Shown here: piece by piece, positions 1-10,663 of the stretch
Position numbering within the stretch: position 1 is the stretch's first letter
Layout of the letters: the number at the start of each line of letters is the position of its first letter
Source of the DNA: Azolla caroliniana
Lineage: Eukaryota > Plantae > Polypodiophyta
Direction: 5' to 3'
Length of the DNA stretch: 45,620 bases
Assembly (NCBI GenBank): GCA_043228905.1
Contig: JBHGNT010000245.1
Location: 1-45,620 of the forward strand
The notes under the pieces: generated by a model
What the model saw: the letters and a program-made list of their open reading frames with translations, nothing else
Databases searched by the model: none
What the model was told of the DNA's origin: nothing
Position numbers and translations under genes: made by a program

Positions 1-1315
1 ACTCTTCATCCTCGCCTCCTTTAACTTTGCCTTCACCGATTCCATTTCCTCTAGATGCCTCTCCAGTTGTCGAATCCGCGCAACCAGCAACTCTTCCCGG
101 CTCATTTCGTCTAATCAGTCGACCGACGTCCATGATGTTATTGTTCTCTCCACTGGAATGATCGGCTTTTGTTCGAACATGAGTTCGGCCGACATGTATC
201 CGGTTATAGAATTGTGCGTAGTTCGGTCGGCCCATAGTGCATATGTAAGAAGTCTCGGCCAATTTCCGACTCGTCTGTCGTAGGCTCATACTATCGCTTT
301 GACAATCGGCTCGTGCCCTCTTTCAACCTTCCCGTTCGCCAAATCACATCCTCGATCAAGAACCGACATACCGTTGTAGTCGTCTTGTTCGTTAATGCTC
401 AGCCCTCTACCTAGTTCGTCAGGTCTTCTCTTGCTAACACCAAGTATTGGATCTGTCCTACACCAGTCGGCATCGTTAATATATCAACCATCCACTTAAA
501 GTGAATGGTCGACGAGTAGGTCGGGTACAGTTTGTCATGGTGCCCGACTCCGAAATGTACCTAGCAACTATCACACATCGACACAAAATGATGCACATCT
601 TTGTACATCCCCGACCACCAGTACTTCTCTTTCAGCCTTTCGAAAGTCACTCACGTTCCCCGGTGTCCGGACCAGGGACTCTAGTGGATGTCCAACAGCA
701 ACATTGACGAGTCTTTCGCCCGCGTCACCACCCAGAGTGGTGGGTTGTTCCTCCTCTTCGAATGCTGCCATATCACCCCGTCTCGCAAGAAGAACTTGTA
801 ATCCTTTCTCTGGATTCGACCGACCTCTTCCTTCATCCACAATGCATCATCTATCATCGTGCTTAGGAACCGTCCTATACGAGGCCACTCCTCGTCGTAA
901 TCATCCTTGTTGAACTTGTTCAAGGTTGGAGTGATTCGCCTGTTTAATGACAATTAAGTTGACTCGAAGAAGTCCATGCCAACATCCTCGTCTTCTGATA
1001 GCATGACATTCTCATTGTCGTATCACCCTCTCGATAGCATGTCAACCATGGCATTATCCTTTCCAGAGATGTGTCGTATCTTCGGATCGAGGGACTTAAT
1101 GTATGTGATCCACCTGAGCATTGCCAGGTCAAAAGTCGCGCATCTGGAAACCATCCCAAGGATCGGGAGGCAGTCTTTCTCGATTATCACCTTCATCCCA
1201 ATCAGGTACTCTTTGTCGGCCTTTACCGCCGAAACAATACCCCATAGTTTGCGCTAAACATGGGCGTATCCTCTGTGTCGCTCACTAAGGACCTTCGCGT
1301 CAAATCAGATGGCAT
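1..1315 (-). pseudogene. Degenerate Ty3/gypsy pol (RNase H-integrase) fragment, element O, copy 1
   Basis: Broken minus-strand frames match the intact pol at 10664-14161 (YKFFLRDG, NGKVERGH and ISGKDNAM-like segments). It carries stops, frameshifts and an internal deletion near 340. Confidence 0.9.
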
Positions 1316-1662
1316 TGTCATGAAGGATTCCGACCATATGAAGAAATGGAGTTGGATGTGCGTGAACGTGTGTGTGCACGGATGCACACGAATTAAGTGT
1401 TAGGTACAAACATATGTAAATAGCATAGGACTAGTGAGTACTAGGGAGTATTTACATAGTTTGCGCTAAACATGGGCGTATCCTTTGTGTCGCTCACTAA
1501 GGACCTTCGCGTCAAATCGGATGGCATTGTCATGAAGGCTTCCGACCATATGAAGAAATGGAGTTGGATGCGCGTGAACGTGTGTGTGCACGGATGCACA
1601 CGAATTAAGTGTTAGGTACAAACATATGTAAATAGCATAGGACTAGTGAGTACTAGGGAGTA
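1243..1662 (+). repeat. 212-bp-period tandem duplication spanning the O/LTR-D junction
   Basis: 1243-1450 matches 1455-1662 with 4 mismatches seen and a 4-nt filler TTTA between them. Confidence 0.95.
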
Positions 1663-2272
1663 GGATTTAATGGGCACTTTAAAGACCCGCACGGATAGAG
1701 AGGATACGGGGATTTGATGTGAGGAAATCAGGGGGGGATCTCTAACAATGATCACGATGTAACGCCCCCCCCCCCCCCTTGTGCTATTAAAGGGGAGGCT
1801 TGAGCCTGTTTTAAGGATCCATGATCGGGGAGGACGAAGTGCTCTCGGTTTGAGTACCGATCTCTCTCTCTCTCTTTCTCTCTTCCCCGCTCTCTGTTTT
1901 CTTATGTGTGTGTGTTTCGTGCTGATCTGGGAAAGGAGGTGAAGCCTCTGCTCACGCAGGAAGCTCGTGAGCTCCCGAGTAGAGGTTCATCGTTCTATGG
2001 GTGTTCGTGGTGGTCGTAGTTCAGAGCACCATTGCCGGCCAAGTCCGGTTGTAAACATTCATTCTATGTTAATCATTAGTATTTTGTTGTGTCTCTTCTT
2101 GTGTTGGGTATTTCCACGTAGTTCCTGCTTGCTGTTGTTCGCTACGCACCCATTCTGTCTCTGGTGTGTACGTGTCCGAGTCTGTGGGTTCGTCAACTCA
2201 TTACTATTGTCCAACAGCCTGACTAGAACAATACCTTTCTTCAAGCCCTTGTGCTAACTGTTCGGGATCCGG
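1316..2272. mobile_element. LTR-like segment (element D), interrupted by element B at 2273
   Basis: Pol homology stops abruptly at TGTCATG (1316, repeated at 1528). A TATA-like CTATTAAAGGGG and CT/GT-rich tracts typical of plant LTRs follow. No partner LTR is in the window. Confidence 0.6.
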
Positions 2273-2386
2273 TGTTGCGTTATTACACGCGTGTGTGTAG
2301 AAGGGGCGGGACCACGGGGGTCTCGGACGAGGGAGAAAAGGGATGCCAAGAAAACCAACACCAGATACGGCCTGGATGCAACCGAA

Positions 2387-2476
<90 letters not shown>

Positions 2477-4297
2477 CGTGCGCACTACACCGACTCTTAT
2501 GCACAGGAAACAAAGGGGTGGAAACACCCAACACTACCAGAGATGCGAATGTGCACAACCGAACATATATATATATATTACAATGGAACAGTTACAACTC
2601 CGGCTCCGAGCCGGACTAAGGTAAGTTAGGTCACAACAGTTGTCTGACGCCAAGCCGCCGTTGGGGAGCTCTTGGGCTTGTCGCGCCGAGCGGGGTCTTG
2701 CACAGGAAGCCGAGCCGAAGTAAACCTACAAAGGGGGGAAGATACTACCACGGCCACGAGCCGGTTACACTTAGAAGAAGAGAAGTTAACCTAACAGCTT
2801 TGCTACCATAGTTGCAGCTCGACTTCTCGAGAAGGAGAAGACTAAAGGAGACAAAAGAAGGAAGAATGAAGCTAACCCTAGAAAAACACGAAATGGTATA
2901 CCCTTTATGAATCAAAATGGGCAACCCTTTCACAAAGGGTGCTCCCTTCCTTTTATAGAACAAGGAGAGGGACGCATTACAATGTGACATAAATCCCGAC
3001 TTAAATGGGATTCTTTGTCCCGACTTGACTCCTATTATTCACACGTTTTACAAGGGTGAGCACACACGATGCACTCCGCCGATTCTCCCGTTATTTTCCG
3101 ATTCCACCTAGGGACGGTTTTCTCCACAACATCTGCCCCCACCTAACCGTGCATCCACCGATATGCGCCAAAATGGACTCTTGCTGGAGAAGACCGGCCC
3201 ACGCTTATCCTTCACCTTCTGGATCGACATCCATTCCAAGCCGATCGTTGTCACTATCCATGTCGTCTGGGTCCGGTTCATCCTCGTGCGCTTACCTCTC
3301 CGTAGGCCCATTCGACCCGTCAATAGGTCGTTCATCACGACCTCGTAGCACGCGCACTTCATTGTTGGCCTTTCACTTGGCCGAATGCACGCTCCGCTCT
3401 CCGTAAGTCCGGGGTCCTCCACTTGAGGAGCACTTGTAACGGCCCGCTTGGCCTCAGTCCGTTGCCACGTTGTCTTGGTCGCCGTCTTTGCCGCCGCTAC
3501 CGTCTGTCACTCTCGGTCTCACACGGCTCTCGGGCCAGATGCTAGAGTCTCCAGAGTCGGTGCGTGCGAAGTCCCGGCACCACCGCTTCCCTTTTGCCTG
3601 TGGGTGTCCTCTACGTCCGAGGAATACTCGTAGTAGCTTGCTTGGCCCCTCTTTCGTCTTGCGCCGTTGCCGCCGGGTTGAAGCCTTTTGCTCGCCGTCG
3701 TCCCCTTGCCCCCACCAGCTTGTCATCTCGGGCTTGGCTTGCCACGCCAGTCGTTGCCACTTCGACTAAGCCGTTGAGACCTCCGAAGCGGGCGTGGAGG
3801 ATCCTTCTGCGGCCTGTATCTTCCCCGGTTTTCGACCCGTGCAGCTCATCGCGCACCCCTTTCCGCGTTCCCGGCACCACCGCGTGCGTGCCGTCCTTTA
3901 CTCGTGCTCCGATTCGGTCGTCGATAGCCACTTGCACGATTCTTCTTCAACTCTGGGTGTGCCCTTCTTAGCTTGGCACACCGCCCGTACTTGCCCTTAC
4001 TGGCTCCTTCAGAAAACGTAACCGACCAGTAGGGGGTTCGCACTTAGACAACTTCCGTCTTGTCGACTATTGTCGATGCCGGGTCTCGTTCCTTGCTGCC
4101 ACCAACCTTCTCTCTCAGTCTTACGTTGCCACGTTGGCCGAATAGCCGGAGTCTCCGGATCGGTGTGAAGATCCCATAGGGTTGGTCTTTGTTTCGTTGC
4201 TTGCCGAAATTCGGGTGTCTTTTGTTTGAGTCCCTCCCGGACTCTCCTCGTGTCTCCCGCGTAGTCGGGTCCCGCTTCCCGCCGCCACCAGCTTTCT
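2273..4297 (-). mobile_element. Element B: 3' LTR (2273-3131), PPT and internal region lacking integrase; related to elements A and C
   Basis: LTR runs TGTTGCG...CACAACA. The PPT (AGGTGGGGGCAGA on minus, 3132-3144) and 3' UTR resemble element A, and the LTR is homologous to the reverse complement of the LTR at 9091. Confidence 0.8.
2390..2474. repeat. (AG)n microsatellite inside LTR B (also at ~36398-36482)
   Basis: Perfect AG dinucleotide run. Confidence 0.97.
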
Positions 4298-4338
4298 TGT
4301 AGAAGATTGCTTGCGGAAGCGTTAGAAAGAACAATACA

Positions 4339-4342
<4 letters not shown>

Positions 4343-4413
<71 letters not shown>
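4343..4413. repeat. (AG)n microsatellite in the copia LTR (also at ~38349-38422)
   Basis: Perfect AG run; site of the net 1-bp length difference between the two large copies. Confidence 0.97.
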
Positions 4414-4414
<1 letters not shown>

Positions 4415-4894
4415 AAAACACACTATTTTCCAAAATTATATGAATACTCTGTGCTCTGTATCTACAACGCGCTCATCAGCGCTATTTATACAAGTCCACA
4501 CGGGACTGTTAGAAGTATGGTGTACTTCAATGCTCACACGAGCATCTGACACTAACTACGAGACTATAACTGCCTAGTAGTCTAACCTATACTAGGCTTC
4601 CGGTTACAGATTGGATCCGGCATACCGGCTCCCCAGCTCACTGGTCCTTACTGCTTACCGACTTGGTTGCTCACCGGCATACCGATTCATCTCGCTTACC
4701 GGCTCAGGCTTATTCAGCCGATTCGGCTCTGGTTGAGCTTGCCGCTCAACACTCCCCCTCAAGCTCAACCTGAGGTAGGGTCGTAGTGTCAACCTCTGTG
4801 GCAGCCGGTTCTTCCAACCGACTTCTCCTGGCGTCGCTTCGCCTTGCTCGCGTCCTTGTTCGGTCTGGTCCCGTTTGCCGCGACCCTTTTGGTT

Positions 4895-7800
4895 CTACGC
4901 GCCTCGACCTTCGGCATGTCTGCTCAATAGGCCCATCTCAGCTCCTTCGCTGCTATGACTCCGACGCTTGCCGATCCATCGGTTCCACCGTGATGGCATC
5001 AACTTCCGCTGCGTCCGTGTCTCCTTGGCCTCTCGTTGATCCGACTCATCCGGATCCGTCTGTTGATCCGAATTGGTTGTCTCCGACTCGTTCCAGCTCT
5101 TGTCTGAATCGGTATCCTCCGATTCGATTTTCGGCTTCAGGCCTCTCACCACATCGGACCATGTCCGAATCTTGGCCTTCTCCGTGCTTTCCTTGGCTTC
5201 TTCAGCCGGTTCACCGAAGTCGAATTCTTCATTCGACTCCGCATCATGGCCATTACGATCATGATGACCTCCGCATAGCATGCACTTCTCTTCCTGAGTG
5301 TACACTTCTTCTTCATAGCCGCTCACTCCGACCTGTTCGGATGTGCCGACTTCCTTCGTCGACTCGGCTTCATTTTTCTTCTTGTCTCCACCTCTACCGG
5401 TTCTTCTCTTACCTACGGGTTCAACCGTTTTTTTGCCTTTGCCCGTTTCGGTAGTGTCTTTGCCCTTGCATCTCCCCCTCAAGTGCGGCACGTCGAGATG
5501 CTGAACACCAAGCATTTCGGTAAAGTGTTGCAACTTGTCCGACGCGAGCGGCTTGGTGAAGATGTCGGCAACTTACCGATCCGTGTGAACATACCGTAGT
5601 TCAACTTCACCGCTCAGGACCCGCTCACGCACGAAGTGATAATGCACTTCTATGTGCTTTGTGCGAGCATGGAACACAGGGTTCTTGGCGAGCTGCATGC
5701 TGCTGAGGTTATCGCAGTAGATCGGGATCGGGTTCGGTACCTTGATCTGCAGGTCTTGCAGTAGTCGCCGAAGCCAAATGGCTTCGCAAGTGGCAACGAT
5801 CACGCCCCGGTATTCAGCCTCAGTGCTGGATAGAACCATTGTTGGCTGCTTTTTGCTGCTCCACGCAACAGCCGCGCTCCCAAGAGAAAACATAAAGCCG
5901 GAAGTTGAGTGACGATCCGTTGCATCGCCAGCCTAGTCGGCATCCGTGTAGCCAACAAGCTCTTTGGTTATACCTTGTCGGTATAAGAGCCCCCGGTCCT
6001 TAGTGCCGCTTACATACCTAAATATTCATTGCGTGCATAGAAGGTGCTCCACGGTTGGCTTCTGCATGTATTGGCTTACCACTCCGACCGGATAGCTAAT
6101 GTCGGGTAGGGTGATGGTCAAGTAGATCAGGCTTCCGACTATTTCTCGAAACCTTTTCTCATCGCAGGATGGTCCGGAGTTGGGACAGATCTTCTGATTC
6201 CAGTCCAGGGGTGTGGAGACAGGTCGGCATTCTGTCATGCCAAACTTGTACAGTATATTCAACACATAATGGCGTTGAGAAAGCAATATGCCGTCGGGGG
6301 TGCGGATCACCTTGATCCCCAAAAAATAATGAAGGTCCCCCAAGTCCTTCATATCGAATGCGTCTAACAACTGGGACTTGACGCGGTTGATTTCCGAAAG
6401 ACCTGGGCCGGTGATGACTAAATCATCAACATAGAGTAAGATACATACCGGACCGTTTGAGCCTTGACGGATGAACAAGGAAGAGTCCGACTTAGAGGCA
6501 ACAAACCCCATCTTTCGCAACCGGTGCGTGATCTTAGCATTCCAAGCACGGGGGGCTTGCTTCAAGTCGTACAACGACTTCCTCAGCCGACATACCGCCG
6601 ACTTGTTCACCTCCGACTGAAATCTGAGGGGCTGAGTCATAAAGACTTCTTCTTCAAGATCTCCTTGAAGGAAGGCATTCTTCACATCCATCTGATGAAG
6701 ATGCCACCCCCTTGCCGCAACAACCGCCAGTACCACACGAACCGTCGTCATCTTTGCTACAGGAGTGAAGGTCTCGTCGTAGTCGATTCCGTGGGTCTGC
6801 GCATATCCCTTTGCCACTAACCGGGCCTTGTACCGGTTAACTGTACCATTGGCATTGTAGTTTATCTTGTACACCCACTTGCATCCGATCGGTTTACAGT
6901 GACGGGGAGGGTCAACCAGGTCCCAAGTTCCGTTGGCATCCAGTGCCCGCATTTCTTCCTCCATAGCGGCACACCAATTTGCATCCTTTGTCGCTTCTAC
7001 GTAGCTGTCCGGCTCACGCACTTCTGCGACCTTGGTCATGTATGCATAATGATGCGCCATGTACTCGTTATACTCGTACCGTTTAACGGGATCCTTCTGG
7101 TGGGTGGACCGGCGTAACTCACCGTTACCCGGTATGAGACCCTTCTTGGCTGGTTTGGTCTTCGTTCCCGAAGATCTGCCTATGTCCTTGCCGAAGTCAG
7201 ATACGCACCGATCCGACTCATCATTACCGATCCCTTTCTCTTTGCGTGTGAACCGTCTCCTCGGTTCCTTGCGCGGGGAGAGCACGACAGAGTCTCCACT
7301 ACTCGCCGTCTCATCATCCGACTGGTTGGACTGATCTAGTCTCTCATTTGGTCCGCTTAACCGGAACGATTCCGAACTCTCATCTTGAGTCCCGTCTTCA
7401 TCTTTCTCTACTTGGGCCGGTTCGGGCTCACTAGCCCCATCCTCCGACATTGGGTCGGGATCAAAAGTCAGAGTCGATAAGGAATACCACGATGTCAATT
7501 CATCAAACTCGACATCTCGGCTGACTTGGACCTGCTTCATCCGAGGGTTATAACACTTATACCCCTTTTGCTCTTGAGCATAGCCGACTAGGATGCATTT
7601 TTCCCATTTTGCATCTAGCTTTCTCCGCTTCTCATCCGGCACATGTACATAGGCTATGTGGCCAAATATCTGGAGGTGTCTCAAATTCGGCTTGCGCCCG
7701 AAATACAGCTCGTGAGCTAACACCTTGTCCCCGATCCGGTTTTGGATGTAAACGACCATTTGGACCGCCTCCGCCCAATAGAACTTGGGCATACTCTTTT

Positions 7801-9090
7801 CCTCCAGCATTGCCCTAACCACGTCAATCAACGATCGATTCTTCCTTTCAGCCACACCGTTCTGTTGCGGTGTGTATCTGCAGCTGAATTCTCGCCGAAA
7901 TCCTTTTTGTTGTAGATAGCTGTTGAATTGGCCGGAAAAGTACTCTTTTCCGCCATCCGACCGTAGGCATTTGATCTTCCTCTCTGATTCCCGTTCCACC
8001 ATCTTCTGGAGGCTCTAGAAACACTCGAAGACTTCGCTCTTCCGCTCAATGAGGTAGATCCACGTATGCCGCGTGTAGTCGTCGATGAAGGAGACGAAAT
8101 ATCGACTCCCGCCAATGCTAACATTTTGTGCCGGTCCCCACACATCCGAATGGATAAGATCAAGCTTGTTACGGCTTCGATTTCTTTCGGTGGGGAATGG
8201 AAGCCGATGTTGCTTCCCGAGTTGGCAGGCTTCACAAATCTGGGCTCTCCGGCCGCTAAACTTCGGCAAACCGAAAACGACTTGTTCCGTTTGCAGGTCT
8301 TGAAGCCTTCGGTAGTTGACATGGCCGATCCGCTTGTGCCACAGTTTGATATCCGACTCGACCTTCTGTCCTTTGGCGAACAATGCGGTGCCGACATCAT
8401 TGCTATTGAGGATAAACATCCTCCCATCTCTGCGCCCTTGTGCAATAACTTCGCCCTCATCCTCAATGAAGCACCCGAGGTGCGTAAACCGCACCTGCAT
8501 CCCCTGGTCGACGATCTATCTGACCGACACCAGGTTCTTCGTGATCGTCGAAACATGTAATACATTCATCAGCTTCCCCCTCTGTCTGACGTGGCTCAAA
8601 GGGACTTCTCCGACGTGCACGATCGGGTGGGGAGTGTCGTCTCCGGTTTCGACAACTCCCGGTTGATACCGGCTTCTCCAAAAAGGAGAACCACTCCCCG
8701 TGGCTCGTCATGTGGTTCGATGCGCCGGAGTCAACGTACCACACTTCCTCCGATTTGGAAGTGGTCTTCTTCATTGAGTTTGCCTTATGCTTCATCATCA
8801 AGGCTGGCCCCTTACCGTTCTTGGATCCTCCTGATCCGTTTGCGTAGTGCGAGCTTTGTCGGCCTTCCTTACCAGTCTTGCCGGATCCGGATTTGTCTGA
8901 ATCGGCACGCTTTCTCCAGCACTCGCTTTCCCTGTGGCCCTTTTTGCCACAGTACCAGCATTTCGTAGCGGATTTGTCTTGCCGGCCTCCGGCACCACCT
9001 TGACTCCCTCTGCTTGTGGAAGTCCCAGAACTGTTGTTGGCACGTTCATTGTGCCTTCGTTCTTGCTCTTGTCGGCCGCCTCCTTTGCGT
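4895..9090 (-). pseudogene. Copia gag-pol pseudogene
   Basis: Motifs: CWYCGKKGHRESEC knuckle, WYVDSGASNHMT protease, LWHKRIGH..CEAC, HSDVWGP, LRSDGGKEY, QQNGVAERKNR, LYVDDLVI, ARTKHIEVHYHFVRE. In-frame stops at ~8015, 6026, 5933 and 5573, and a frameshift near 8665. Confidence 0.95.
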
Positions 9091-9840
9091 TGTCGTGAAG
9101 AATTTCGGCCAGAGGCGGAAACCGGGAAGCATTGGCTACATTGGCGGGGGCAGCATGTGTGTTCACCCCATGTACATTTAGTGTGAATAACAAGGGGCCT
9201 TTATGGCGCCGAAGAGTAGTCAAGTCGGGACAGACGATCCCATGTAAGTTAGGATTTATCCCACATTGTAACGCATCCCTCTCCTTGTTCTATAAAAGGA
9301 AGGGAGCGCCCTTTGTGAAAGGGGTTGCCCATTTTGCATTAGAGGGTATACCGTTAGATTTAGGGTTAGTTACATTTCTTCTTCTTCTCCCCCCTTCGTG
9401 TTCGCTTAGGGTTTGCTTCAGCTCCTCTCCTGCGCAAGACCCCGCTCGGCGCAACGAGCTCGTGAGCTCCCCGACGGCGGCTTGGCGGCTGACGACTATT
9501 GTAACCTACCTTGGTCTGGCTCGAAGCCGAGAATGTATTCTTCCTTTTATATATATACATTTGCGTCTGTCTTTGTATATTCGCGTCTCTGTTGGTGTCG
9601 GGTGCTTCCCCTTTCTTGCGTTTCCTGTACATAAGGGCGTGAGTCGGGTCGGCATGTGTCTGTGTGTGCGTGTGTGCGCGTGAGTCGGTGTTAAGAGCGT
9701 GCTCCCTCCCTCCCTCTCTCACCCTTCGGTCGCTTCCGACGTTCTTCTGTGATCCCCGGAAACGGTGAAGCACGACTTCCTACGCTCCGTCACTCCCTAG
9801 GTCAAGACCCCCGTGGTCCCGCCTTTCTCCACGCACGCGC

Positions 9841-10592
9841 TGTCGAGATATTAAGCAAGTGCGTGTGGAATCGAGGCGGGACCGCGGGGGTCTCGAACCA
9901 AAGAGCAAGCGAGGGAGGAGAAAGAGAGAGAACCGGCTACGCAGGTCCGGGGATACACAGGGACTCGGCCCTTCAGCACGGAGAACGCGAGCAGAGACCG
10001 ACACAGACAGATGTGAATAACTTAATATGTATATTAAGTAAATGGCTAATCACGACTACAACCCTCGACGGGGCACAGGTTGGTTACAACCGAACAGGCC
10101 GGCGAACAGATGCCGATGCCTGTTCACTTCGACGCACAAAGGGGCTGCCGGAAGCACTCGGGCGTTCCTCGAAACAGCGCGGGCCTCCTCGGAACCCTGC
10201 ACAGAAAGCTATGGAGCTCAGAGAGAGAAGCGTCCAGAAACGGTCCGACAGCACTTCGTCCTCTCCGCGCGAGATGCCTGCAACAGCTCTTTCCTCCTCT
10301 TTTATAGCCCGACGAGCAGGCCGTCATGTCAGCTTTATTCCCTGTCCCTTTTGGACAGGGATCCGCTCCGTTTTTCACGCATCCGCGTAGTTACGCCGCC
10401 GACTCGTACAGTTCGCGCGCGCGACCGAAAAGACTGTTCGCGCGGTCTTTGTCTCCACTTGAGTTAGGGCCCGTTCCTGCCGATTATCCTCCCAGTTAAT
10501 TTCTATGTACAACTTGGAGCGTGCGCGCGTGAAGAACCGGTTCCCACGCCTTGGTGCGCCGATTCCGCCTATGGACGGTTTTCTTCACGACA
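9841..10592 (-). repeat. 3' LTR of element A
   Basis: TGTCGAGA...CACGACA; identical by eye to 16323-17074. Confidence 0.96.
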
Positions 10593-10605
10593 TCCGCCCC
10601 CACCT
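10593..10605 (-). other. Polypurine tract of element A
   Basis: AGGTGGGGGCGGA on the minus strand, directly before the 3' LTR. Confidence 0.85.
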
Positions 10606-10663
10606 AACCGCGCATCCTCCGGTATGCGCCAAGAGAGTTGGAACGGAGAAAACCGGCCCGTCT

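Larger units (their letters stand above)
4298..9090 (-). mobile_element. Ty1/copia LTR retrotransposon, 5'-truncated: 3' LTR ~4298-4751, PPT 4752-4763
   Basis: Domain order is gag Zn knuckle, PR, IN, RT, RH. The PPT TTGAGGGGGAG lies directly before TGTTGAG, and the LTR contains an (AG)n. The element is cut at 9090 by element C. Confidence 0.93.

Noticed and set aside
2204-2629. ORFs with (RE)n or (LS)n tracts (also 4009-4549 and the copy 2 equivalents)
   Set aside because: These are translations of (AG)n microsatellites inside LTRs.
7828-8565. 245-aa alternative-frame ORF in the copia integrase region
   Set aside because: It overlaps the true pol frame and has no motifs.
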